This document shows, one piece after another, positions 41,345-49,639 of a stretch of DNA of 64,000 bases (position 1 is its first letter; the number at the start of each line of letters is the position of its first letter). The DNA is from an uncultured Acidobacteriota bacterium (GTDB lineage: Bacteria; Acidobacteriota; Vicinamibacteria; Marinacidobacterales; SMYC01), in contig CAZKNR010000182.1 in NCBI GenBank assembly GCA_964553925.1, positions 18,132 through 82,131 on the forward strand, read 5' to 3'. Below the pieces are notes generated by a model that saw only the letters and a program-made list of their open reading frames with translations, made no database searches and was not told the DNA's origin. A program made the position numbers and the translations under genes.

Positions 41345-41755
41345 CTATCGGGGAGAAAGGCTGGCCCTTGCCGCTCCGCGCAGGAACTGGTGGCACCGGA
41401 CGCACTGGAGGGTCATGTCGACGTAGCCGAGGGCGGCGCGATCCAGGTTCTTTTCCTTCGCCGACTGCTCGATCTCGATGACCGCCCTGCGGAACGCGCT
41501 GCTTCTTTCCGCATACTCCGGGGTCACGTTCACGAACCAGCCCGCCTCCTCGCTCAACACCTTGAGGGCGCCGGCGCTGTCTTCGAGGGTCTCGAAGTCT
41601 TCGGTGATCAGCGCTTCGAGGATCGAGTGAGATTGATCGAGCTTACGCTGCATGATGAATCGGAGGTTCGGCTCCTGCTCCTCGAGGGAGAGGACGCTTC
41701 CGACCAGAACGAGGACCAGGCCGAGTCCCGCGAGGGGAAACGCCAACTTTTTCAC
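41345..41755 (-). CDS. Cytochrome c-prime-like (class II cytochrome c) protein, 136 aa.
   Basis: The start is a GTG 6 nt after AAGGAG. A signal peptide is present. The CVRCH (CxxCH) motif lies 15 residues from the C-terminus, which is the class II arrangement. The upstream part of the 282-aa ORF is not coding. Confidence 0.6.
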   Translation of the reverse strand: MKKLAFPLAGLGLVLVLVGSVLSLEEQEPNLRFIMQRKLDQSHSILEALITEDFETLEDSAGALKVLSEEAGWFVNVTPEYAERSSAFRRAVIEIEQSAKEKNLDRAALGYVDMTLQCVRCHQFLRGAARASLSPR

Positions 41756-41766
41756 ACGCAACTCCT

Positions 41767-42180
41767 TCAGCCCGCCACGACGCGCAGGAGGTCGGTTTCC
41801 GTAATCAGGCCGACGAGCTTTCCGCTCTCGACGACGGGAAGGCAGCCGATCTTGTGCTCGATCATGAGGCGAGCCGCCTCCTTGACGCCGACGCCCGGGT
41901 CGATCGTCAGCACCTCGTCGGTCATGACTTCCTTGACCACCACCGACTTCAGAAACTCCTTCTGCGCTTTCTCTCCAAAATTCATGGCGGTCGAGAGGGC
42001 CGCGTGGAACAGGTCCTTTTGGGTCAAGATGCCGACGAGACGGCCCTCCTCGACAACGGGAAGATGGCGAATCCGTTTCATCTTCATGACGTCGTCCGCA
42101 ATCGTCAGCTCGTCGTTGCGACCTACGGTCGTGACATCGGTGGTCATGAGCTCCCGAACTTTCATGGCGTATGCTGGCAT
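41767..42180 (-). CDS. CBS-domain pair protein.
   Basis: Two tandem CBS motifs are present. A GAGGA Shine-Dalgarno precedes the ATG at 42180. The stop overlaps the ribosome-binding site of the cytochrome c-prime gene. Confidence 0.75.
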   Translation of the reverse strand: MPAYAMKVRELMTTDVTTVGRNDELTIADDVMKMKRIRHLPVVEEGRLVGILTQKDLFHAALSTAMNFGEKAQKEFLKSVVVKEVMTDEVLTIDPGVGVKEAARLMIEHKIGCLPVVESGKLVGLITETDLLRVVAG

Positions 42181-42931
42181 GCGCTATCCTCATGCAAAGC
42201 CTATGCCGCGCCGAGCAAGTTTGACCGCCGCCTTACTTCGCATCGCCTGGGCGCTGGTCTCGGTATTCGTCGTCGAAAGCCTCGTCTTCGGGCTCTCCGT
42301 GCTGCCCGCGGTCCTGTTCTGGGAGTGGCACTTTCGATGGGAGCTGAACTCCGCTCCGCTTCGGGTGGTTGTACTCAGCATGGCATTCATTCCTGCCTAC
42401 CTGCTGTTCACCCTCGCGCTCATCCTGCTCTCCGGCATCGCCACGCGCATCACCGGGTGGCGGACGCCTTCGAACGCCGAACTCGACATCTCCGAATTCT
42501 CCTGGCCTCTTCTCGACTGGGTCCGCTACACGATCTCGATCCAGCTCGTTCGCATCTTCGCGGGATCGCTCTTCCGCGCGACGCCGATCTGGACCTTCTA
42601 CATGCGTCTCAACGGCGCGCGGATGGGAAGGAGGGTGTTCGTAAACAGCCTCGAGGTGACCGACCACAATCTCCTCGACTTCGGCGACGACGTGGTGGTG
42701 GGCGGCGACGCCCACCTCTCCGGACATACGGTGGAGGGCGGTGTCCTGAAAACGGCGCCCGTCCGGCTGGGTCGCGGAGTCACCGTGGGTGTCGGAAGCG
42801 TCGTCGGTATCGGAGTCGTTGCCGGGGACGGATGCCAGATCGGAGCCTTGAGCCTCGTTCCCAAGTTCGCGAATCTCGAAGAGGGCGAGGTATACGTGGG
42901 CATTCCCGTGAGGAAAATGGAGCCGCGATGA
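42179..42931 (+). CDS. Membrane-anchored hexapeptide-repeat (left-handed beta-helix) acyltransferase.
   Basis: Three N-terminal transmembrane helices are followed by a C-terminal hexapeptide-repeat beta-helix. The start is uncertain (42179 or 42203) and has no Shine-Dalgarno. Confidence 0.55.
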   Translation: MRYPHAKPMPRRASLTAALLRIAWALVSVFVVESLVFGLSVLPAVLFWEWHFRWELNSAPLRVVVLSMAFIPAYLLFTLALILLSGIATRITGWRTPSNAELDISEFSWPLLDWVRYTISIQLVRIFAGSLFRATPIWTFYMRLNGARMGRRVFVNSLEVTDHNLLDFGDDVVVGGDAHLSGHTVEGGVLKTAPVRLGRGVTVGVGSVVGIGVVAGDGCQIGALSLVPKFANLEEGEVYVGIPVRKMEPR

Positions 42932-43665
42932 ACGCGGGCGCGCTCGTCCTCGTCCCCGGCCTCGACGGCACGGCGCTTCTTTTTTACCGCCAGACGCCGA
43001 TTCTCGCCCGCCGGTTCCACGTGGTGACGTTCCCGCTTCCCGACGACGAATCGTGCACGATGGAGAGTCTGGTGGCGGAGCTGAAAGAAACCGTGGACCG
43101 TATCGCCCGCGAACGGGAAGAGGAGTGGGTCTTTCTTTGCGGCGAGTCGTTCGGAGGGGCCTTGAGCCTCAGCTTCGCTCTCCGCCATCCCGAGAGGCTC
43201 GCCGGTCTCGTCATCTTGAACTCCTTCCCGTACATAAGGCAGCGCGTCCGGATCCGGCTCGGTCCGGCGATTCTCAAGATCATGCCCTGGGGAGCGATGC
43301 CGCTCGTGCGCCGATTCACCGAATCTAGGCTCCACAGCTCCCACACGCTTCCCGAGGATATCGAGGAGTTTCACCGGCGTACCCGGGCCATCGGCCGGCG
43401 GGGCTACATCCGAAGACTCGAGTTACTTCGCGAATATGATATCCGCGACGAGCTCCACCGGATCGAAGTCCCCACGTTGTTCCTCGCCGCCGACGAAGAT
43501 CACCTGGTTCCCTCGGTCGCGGAAGCGCGTTTCATGGCGGCGCGAATGCCCAGGGCCACGGTGCGGGTCCTCAAAGGCTACGGGCACGTGTGCATGATCC
43601 ATCACGACTTCGACCTGCTCGAGCACATGGAGCCCTGGCTTGGCACGAATGGCGTGCGGCCGTAG
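42928..43665 (+). CDS. Alpha/beta hydrolase fold protein.
   Basis: A GESFGG nucleophile elbow is present. The start overlaps the upstream stop as ATGA. Confidence 0.75.
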   Translation: MNAGALVLVPGLDGTALLFYRQTPILARRFHVVTFPLPDDESCTMESLVAELKETVDRIAREREEEWVFLCGESFGGALSLSFALRHPERLAGLVILNSFPYIRQRVRIRLGPAILKIMPWGAMPLVRRFTESRLHSSHTLPEDIEEFHRRTRAIGRRGYIRRLELLREYDIRDELHRIEVPTLFLAADEDHLVPSVAEARFMAARMPRATVRVLKGYGHVCMIHHDFDLLEHMEPWLGTNGVRP

Positions 43666-43703
43666 TATAGCGATGGGGAGAATGAGTTGAAGACACAGTT
43701 CTC

Positions 43704-45662
43704 GTGGGAAACGACATGACCGAGCGCCGAGTGGCGGCGGCGCAGGCTCGCCACGAAGTCGCGGCCCGTTACGAAGCCATCCTCAAGGGGATCCCGGACA
43801 TCGTCGCCGAAGTGGACGTCGACAAGGTCTACACCTGGGTCAACCGCGCAGGCTACGAGTTCTTCGGCGAGGACGTCATCGGGAGGGAAGCGAGCTTCTT
43901 CTTCGACGAGGAGAGCAAGGATACGTACGAGAAGGTGAGTCCGCTCTTCGACGGTTCCGAGGAGACCATCGTGCTCGAGAGCTGGCAGCGCCGGCGCGAC
44001 GGCTCGAGGCGCTTGCTCGCCTGGTGGTGCCGGGGTCTCAAGGATGAGACTGGACGAGTGATCGGGGCCCTCTCGACCGCCCGCGACATCACCGATCAGA
44101 AGCTCATGGAAGCCGCGCTTCGCGAGAGCCAGCAAACGGTGCTCGCGCTCTTCGAGAACGCCGCGCAGGGAATCCTTTCGATCGATGCTGCGGGATCGAT
44201 CCTCTCGTTCAACGTGATGGCGGAGAGAATTTTCGGATATCGGCGAGAGGAGATAGTGGGGAAGAAGCTCGAAGTCCTGATGCCGGAGAAGCTTGCCGAA
44301 ACGCACGAGCAGCATCGCCGTCAGTACTTCGAGGACCCGCACAGCCGCCCAATGGGCCGGGGGATGGACCTCGTGGCGAGGAGAAAGGATGGCAGCGAGT
44401 TCCCCGTCGAGATCAGTCTCAGCCACATCGCCGCCGCGGGCGGAACCGTCGCCGTCGCCTTCGTGAACGACGTCAGCGAGCGGCGTCGCTCGGAGAACGA
44501 GAGGCAGAAGCTCGAGCGGACCCTGGAGCACGCCACCAAGATGGAGGCGGTGGGACGTCTCGCTGGCGGCATCGCGCACGACTTCAACAATCTCCTCACG
44601 GCGCTGTCCGGCTTCGCGGAGGTCGTGCTCGACGAGCTCCCGGAGGACCACCCGCTCTACCAAGGCGCCAAGGAGACGCTCAAGACCTGTCAGAGGTCGG
44701 CTTCGCTCGTTCGCCGGCTCCTCGCGGTGAGCCGCCGCCAGATGCTCCAGCCGGAGGTGATCGATCTCAACCCCAAGATCACCGAGATCGAGAAGATGCT
44801 CAGGAGCGTCCTGGGAGAGGACGTCGACCTTCTGGTGAAGCTCCAGCCGGGGCTCGGCTTCGTTCGCGCGGATCAGAGCCAGATCGAGCAGGTCATTCTC
44901 AATCTCGTGGTCAACGCGCGGGACGCCATGCCTACCGGCGGGCGCCTGGTCATCGAGACCGCTAGCGTGGACGTCGACGAGGGGTTCGGGGATCCACACC
45001 TGGGCCTGAAGCCCGGGGCCTACGTTCTCATCTCGATCTCGGACACCGGCTCGGGCATGGACCGCGAGACCCTGAAGCATATTTTCGAGCCTTTCTTTAC
45101 CACCAAGGAGAGGGGCAAGGGCACGGGGCTCGGACTCGCGACCGTCTACGGGATTGTCTCCCAGAGCGAAGGAAAGATCTGGGCCTATAGCGAGCCGGGA
45201 CAGGGAACGACCTTCCGCATCTATCTGCCGCGGATCACTCGCAGCGGGGAGCCGGAGACCACGACGGCCCCGTCAGAGTCCTCCAACCGCGGCTCGGAAA
45301 CGGTGCTCGTGGTGGAGGACGAGAACACCGTACGGTTGGTGGCGGTGGCAAGCTTGAGGAAAGCGGGCTACGACGTCCTGGAAGCGAGCGACGGGGAGGA
45401 AGCTATGAGGGTGGCCTCGGCCCACGAGGGACCAATCCACCTCGTCCTGACCGACGTCCTCATGCCCGGAATCCACGGCCCCGCCCTGGTGAAGCGTCTC
45501 GAGGAACGCCGGCCGGCGATCCGGGCGCTCTACATGTCGGGCCACGCCGACGACGCCCTCCTCCACCACGGAATCCTCGAGGGAGGGCTGTCGTTTCTCG
45601 AAAAGCCCTTCAACCGAAACGAGCTCACGAGGAAGGTGCGGGAAGTCCTCGACGGAATGTAG
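43704..45662 (+). CDS. Hybrid sensor histidine kinase (PAS-PAS-HisKA-HATPase-REC).
   Basis: An H-box (IAHDFNNLL), G-boxes and a C-terminal receiver with a conserved Asp are present. The start is GTG at 43704 or ATG at 43716. Confidence 0.85.
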   Translation: MGNDMTERRVAAAQARHEVAARYEAILKGIPDIVAEVDVDKVYTWVNRAGYEFFGEDVIGREASFFFDEESKDTYEKVSPLFDGSEETIVLESWQRRRDGSRRLLAWWCRGLKDETGRVIGALSTARDITDQKLMEAALRESQQTVLALFENAAQGILSIDAAGSILSFNVMAERIFGYRREEIVGKKLEVLMPEKLAETHEQHRRQYFEDPHSRPMGRGMDLVARRKDGSEFPVEISLSHIAAAGGTVAVAFVNDVSERRRSENERQKLERTLEHATKMEAVGRLAGGIAHDFNNLLTALSGFAEVVLDELPEDHPLYQGAKETLKTCQRSASLVRRLLAVSRRQMLQPEVIDLNPKITEIEKMLRSVLGEDVDLLVKLQPGLGFVRADQSQIEQVILNLVVNARDAMPTGGRLVIETASVDVDEGFGDPHLGLKPGAYVLISISDTGSGMDRETLKHIFEPFFTTKERGKGTGLGLATVYGIVSQSEGKIWAYSEPGQGTTFRIYLPRITRSGEPETTTAPSESSNRGSETVLVVEDENTVRLVAVASLRKAGYDVLEASDGEEAMRVASAHEGPIHLVLTDVLMPGIHGPALVKRLEERRPAIRALYMSGHADDALLHHGILEGGLSFLEKPFNRNELTRKVREVLDGM

Positions 45663-45675
45663 CAGCCCGCTACTG

Positions 45676-46137
45676 TTAGTTGCCGACCGAGCTGATCGCG
45701 CCGAGGGTCGCTCCGACCTCGGACGGATCCACGGGTTTCTTCTGAGCCCCACCGCGTTTTGGCGCCATGGACGCACGAGCCAGATCGCTCAGCGACAGGA
45801 TGCCGAGGATCTTTCCTTCGGCGTCGACGACGGGGAGCCGCCTCACCTTCCGCGCCCGCATCACCGCTTCCGCCTGGGACAGGTCGTCGCCGGGGCGGCA
45901 GGACCAGAGGTCCTTGCTCATCGCGCTCGAGACCCGTATTTCGGAGAGCGCTCTTCCCTGGGTCATGGCGGCCATGCAGAGGTCGCGATCGGTAAGCATC
46001 GCGACCACCGAGCCTTCCTGATCCAGAACGGGAACAGCGCCGCAATCCCGTTCCCACATGATTTGCGCGCCCCGATCCGCGCCGTCGAACGCGCGACAGC
46101 TGCCTACTTCCGTCGTCATCAGATCCTGGACTTTCAT
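45676..46137 (-). CDS. CBS-domain pair protein.
   Basis: Tandem CBS domains are present. The start overlaps the upstream stop as ATGA. Confidence 0.75.
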   Translation of the reverse strand: MKVQDLMTTEVGSCRAFDGADRGAQIMWERDCGAVPVLDQEGSVVAMLTDRDLCMAAMTQGRALSEIRVSSAMSKDLWSCRPGDDLSQAEAVMRARKVRRLPVVDAEGKILGILSLSDLARASMAPKRGGAQKKPVDPSEVGATLGAISSVGN

Positions 46138-46637
46138 GAGTTACGCCTCCAATGCGCGCGGGCGAAGTGCTCCTCCCGCATGAAGGAGAGCTCGAGCTCT
46201 CCGTTGTAGTCGCTCTTCAGGGCTTTCGCCATGCGCGCCACGAGGTGCTCCGACGTAGCGCGGATCTCGATTTCTTCCCCCTTGTCGATGATGGCCATGA
46301 TGCGCTGCAGCGGGTGATCCTTCTTTTCCGCCTTTTCGATGTTTCGCACCCGATTCAAGATGTCCTCCCGGTGAGCCGTCAGAAAGCTTCCCGAGAGAGT
46401 GATGACTCCGCCCGCATGATCGTCTTTGATCTGCTGGCACGCGGGGCATAGCAGCGAAGACACGTCGTCCCTGCGCAGCGGCTTGGCCCACGTCCATTTG
46501 CCCCTTAAGAAGACCGCGCCACACTCCGGACAAACCGTGTCGTCGGAGTACTTCTCCCTCTCCCGCGCTTCGTAGGGGGTCTGGAGCCTGGGCTGCGTAT
46601 CCTTGCGAAAGACCTCTCTGGCTGATTTCTCTTTCAC
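46134..46637 (-). CDS. Zinc-ribbon (CxxC...CxxC) protein of unknown function, 167 aa.
   Basis: The start is a GTG at 46637, 6 nt after AGGAGG. The motifs CPECG and CPACQ are present. The extension to 46865 in the track is rejected. Confidence 0.55.
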   Translation of the reverse strand: MKEKSAREVFRKDTQPRLQTPYEAREREKYSDDTVCPECGAVFLRGKWTWAKPLRRDDVSSLLCPACQQIKDDHAGGVITLSGSFLTAHREDILNRVRNIEKAEKKDHPLQRIMAIIDKGEEIEIRATSEHLVARMAKALKSDYNGELELSFMREEHFARAHWRRNS

Positions 46638-46662
46638 CCCTTTCCTCCTGTCGACTCGAGAG

Positions 46663-46678
46663 TGCAACCTCCGTACCA
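46663..46678 (-). promoter_or_regulatory. Sigma-54 promoter, TGGTACG-gagg-TTGCA.
   Basis: There is one mismatch to TGGCACG-N4-TTGCA. The predicted transcription start falls immediately upstream of the AGGAGG of the zinc-ribbon gene. Confidence 0.5.
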
Positions 46679-46770
46679 GACCGTGAGCGCTGGCTCTGAT
46701 TCGGAATATTCCTTGCATAGGCATCGCCGAGGAAGAACGGACGCGACAGAAATTCGAGCTCTTCGGTGCG

Positions 46771-47007
46771 ATGGGGTGCCGGAAACGAACCATGCTTGGG
46801 CAAAAAGACGCAAACGGAAGAAGGCAGCGATGCCCCGCGTGCAACGAGATCGGGCTCGTTCCCATTCTCTACGGGCCGCTCCCCGACTCGCTCACGAAGG
46901 ACCGCGCTCGGGGCGCGTTCTTCTGGGGGGGCCTCGTCATGAAACCCGACAGCCCTCGGTGGCACTGCGGCCATTGCCAGCGAAGCTTTCCGATCGACGC
47001 GGTCTAA
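46771..47007 (+). CDS. Possible small zinc-ribbon protein (78 aa, CPAC...CGHC).
   Basis: The composition is coding-like and a four-Cys zinc ribbon is present. There is no clear Shine-Dalgarno. Confidence 0.35.
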   Translation: MGCRKRTMLGQKDANGRRQRCPACNEIGLVPILYGPLPDSLTKDRARGAFFWGGLVMKPDSPRWHCGHCQRSFPIDAV

Positions 47008-47115
47008 CGCGAGTGGTTGCGCCTTTTCCCGCAGGGGTCTAGACTCCGCTGCGGCTCCTTTGGCCACTGCTCTTCATTTCGTTGAGGATGCGCGCAACGG
47101 AGAATCCGCGAAAAC

Positions 47116-47131
47116 TGGCAGCATTCGTGCT
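47116..47131 (+). promoter_or_regulatory. Weak sigma-54-like motif, TGGCAGC-attc-GTGCT.
   Basis: The GG-N10-GC spacing is correct. The site lies about 100 nt upstream of the NtrC-like gene. Confidence 0.3.
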
Positions 47132-47228
47132 TACTCCTCGAATGCAGCTGGCCAGGTGCCCCGATGTCGCCGAGATTGGGCCTCCGGAACTAGGGACGCC
47201 GGCCAGCCTGCGCTGAAACACATTCACC

Positions 47229-48614
47229 ATGGCGCTCGACCGTATTCTCGTCGTCGATGATGAAGACCTGATTCGCTGGTCTCTCCAGCAGAAGCTCTCG
47301 AGTTGGGGCTATCGACCGCTCGAAGCCCCGAACGGGGAAACCGCCATCTCGCTTGTGGAGAGGGAGAGCCCCGACCTCGTTCTCCTGGACGTTCACCTGC
47401 CGGACAAGAACGGGCTCGAGGTGTTGAAGGCGATCAAGGAATGGAACCCCCGGGCGGTGGTCATCATCATGACGGCGTACGGGGTGCTCGAGGACGCGGT
47501 AGCCGCCCTGAGACTCGGCGCCTACGATTTCGTTTCCAAGCCCCTCAACTTCGAGGAGCTCCGCGCGACGATTGCGAACGCCCTCGAGACCGTCAAGCTC
47601 CGGCAGGAGGTGCGTCATTTCCGGGACCGCGACCGCAAGCGCTTCAATTTCGAGAATCTGGTGGGCGAGTCGGAGCCGATCCGGAATGCGACCGCGCTCA
47701 TGAAGAAGGTCGCCGCGAGCCCGGCGACGACGATCCTGTTCCAGGGCGAGAGTGGAACGGGGAAGGACCTCTTCGCCAAAGCGATTCACTTCTACAGCTC
47801 TCGGGCGGACCGCCCGTTCCTCGCGGTGAATTGCGCGGCCCTCCCCGAGAACCTCGTGGAGAGCGAGCTCTTCGGTTACGAAAGAGGTGCCTTCACCGAC
47901 GCGAGGCAGCAGAAGAAGGGACTTCTCGAGCTGGCCGACGGCGGCACCCTTTTTTTGGACGAGATCGGGGAGATGCCGCTGGGCATGCAGGCAAAGCTCC
48001 TCCGGGTCCTCGAAGAACAGAGCTTCAAGCGGGTGGGAGGCGTCCAGGACGTCCGGGTCGACGTCCGCGTCATCGCGTCCTCGAACCGCGATGTGAAGAA
48101 GATGGTGGACGACGGGAAGTTCCGGCAGGATCTTTTCTACCGCCTGAACGTCATGACCCTCACCCTCCCGCCGCTCCGCGAGCGAAGCGACGACGTGAAG
48201 CTCCTATGCCGGCACTTCGTGAACGAGTACAACGCTCGCTTCGGAAAGAACATACTGGGCCTGACTCCGGAGGCGGAGCGTCTCCTCTCGCTCTACCAGT
48301 GGCCGGGAAACGTCCGCGAGCTCAAGAACCTGATCGAGCGGGCGATGATTCTCGAAGAGGGGACTCACATCGGAGCCGACGCGCTTCCTATCGACGTCGC
48401 CGAGTTCTCACCGGGCGCGAGCGACGCCGCTCTCCCCGAGATCGCGCTTCCGGAGAAGGGCACGTCCCTCGAGAAGGTCGAAGAAGAGCTCCTCCGCCAG
48501 GCCTTGTCCCGCACCCGGGGAAACCAGACGCGGGCGGCAAGGCTCTTGAACATCAGCCGAGACGCTCTCCGCTACAAAATGAAGAAGTTCAAGCTCCAGG
48601 AAGCCGGGCACTAG
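47229..48614 (+). CDS. Sigma-54-dependent response regulator (NtrC family: REC-AAA+-HTH).
   Basis: The receiver carries VVDDE...D. Walker A is GESGTGKD. A GAFTDA variant of the GAFTGA loop and a C-terminal Fis HTH are present. Confidence 0.9.
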   Translation: MALDRILVVDDEDLIRWSLQQKLSSWGYRPLEAPNGETAISLVERESPDLVLLDVHLPDKNGLEVLKAIKEWNPRAVVIIMTAYGVLEDAVAALRLGAYDFVSKPLNFEELRATIANALETVKLRQEVRHFRDRDRKRFNFENLVGESEPIRNATALMKKVAASPATTILFQGESGTGKDLFAKAIHFYSSRADRPFLAVNCAALPENLVESELFGYERGAFTDARQQKKGLLELADGGTLFLDEIGEMPLGMQAKLLRVLEEQSFKRVGGVQDVRVDVRVIASSNRDVKKMVDDGKFRQDLFYRLNVMTLTLPPLRERSDDVKLLCRHFVNEYNARFGKNILGLTPEAERLLSLYQWPGNVRELKNLIERAMILEEGTHIGADALPIDVAEFSPGASDAALPEIALPEKGTSLEKVEEELLRQALSRTRGNQTRAARLLNISRDALRYKMKKFKLQEAGH

Positions 48615-48622
48615 CTCCCTCC

Positions 48623-49633
48623 GTGCCTCGCCATTGGCCACGCGGTCTCATCGTCGGGATCTCGATGCTCGTCGGATGGACTCTCGTCGGTACCGCCGGC
48701 TTCACGACCATCGAAGGTTGGCCGGCGCTCGACTCTCTTTACATGACCATCACCACGCTCTCGACGGTCGGCTACGGGGAGATCCATCCGCTCTCGGGCG
48801 CGGGGCGGCTCTTCGCGAGCTTTCTCATCGTTGGAGGGCTTGGGACCGCGCTCTATACGCTTACCCGGCTCGGGCAAGTGGTTCTGGAGAGCGAGCTCCT
48901 GGGCGGAATCGGAAGGAGGCGGATGCGCAGTCAATTGAGGACTCTAGAGAGTCATTTCATCGTGTGCGGGTTCGGCCGGTTCGCCAAGCCGGTGACCGAA
49001 GAGCTCGCGCACAAAAATCTTCCTTTCTGCGTGATCGAGAGGAACCCGGGCGCCGAGCCTCACCTCGCCGATCTCGGGTACCTGTTTCTCATCGACGATG
49101 CCACCACCGACGAAGCGCTCCAGGCAGCGGGCATCGAGGGCGCCCAGTGCGTGCTGGCGCTGCTTCCTTCCGACGCCGATAACCTGTACGTCACCGTCGC
49201 TGCCAAAGCGCTGAACCCTCGGCTCCGGGTCATCGCGCGCGCTACCGACGAGGGCGGAGAGCGAAAGCTCCTGCGCGGGGGCGCGACCGTCGTGGTGACG
49301 CCCTACCGCCTCACCGGGCAGAGGATCCTGCAGGCGGCGACCAGTGCCACGGTGCTGGAGTTCATGGACTACGTGGCGGACCGCCACTACCTCGAAATGA
49401 ACCTGGGCGAGGCAATGGTCTCCGCCCGTTCCCCGGTGGTGGCTACCACGATTGCCGGGGCGCGGCTGCATTCCGAACACGGAGTCATCGTCGTCGCGGT
49501 GAAGCGGCAGGGGACGATGCTGTTCAACCCGCTGCCGGAGGAGGAGCTTCGAGCGGGGGATATCCTGGTGATCATGGGTCACGCGGACCAGCTGCGAAAG
49601 ACGACGCGCCTCCTTGAAGCTCAGTCCGCATGA
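48623..49633 (+). CDS. Two-transmembrane K+ channel with RCK (TrkA-N/TrkA-C) domains.
   Basis: The TVGYGE selectivity filter is present. The start is a GTG at 48623, 9 nt after the ntrC-like stop; an alternative ATG lies at 48665. Confidence 0.75.
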   Translation: MPRHWPRGLIVGISMLVGWTLVGTAGFTTIEGWPALDSLYMTITTLSTVGYGEIHPLSGAGRLFASFLIVGGLGTALYTLTRLGQVVLESELLGGIGRRRMRSQLRTLESHFIVCGFGRFAKPVTEELAHKNLPFCVIERNPGAEPHLADLGYLFLIDDATTDEALQAAGIEGAQCVLALLPSDADNLYVTVAAKALNPRLRVIARATDEGGERKLLRGGATVVVTPYRLTGQRILQAATSATVLEFMDYVADRHYLEMNLGEAMVSARSPVVATTIAGARLHSEHGVIVVAVKRQGTMLFNPLPEEELRAGDILVIMGHADQLRKTTRLLEAQSA

Positions 49634-49639
49634 GCCGGC

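Noticed and set aside
43640-43660. A TGGCACG site inside the 3' end of the alpha/beta-hydrolase gene, as a sigma-54 promoter for the histidine kinase.
   Set aside because: The GC element is 1 nt too close or 3 nt too far (the GG-N10-GC rule fails).
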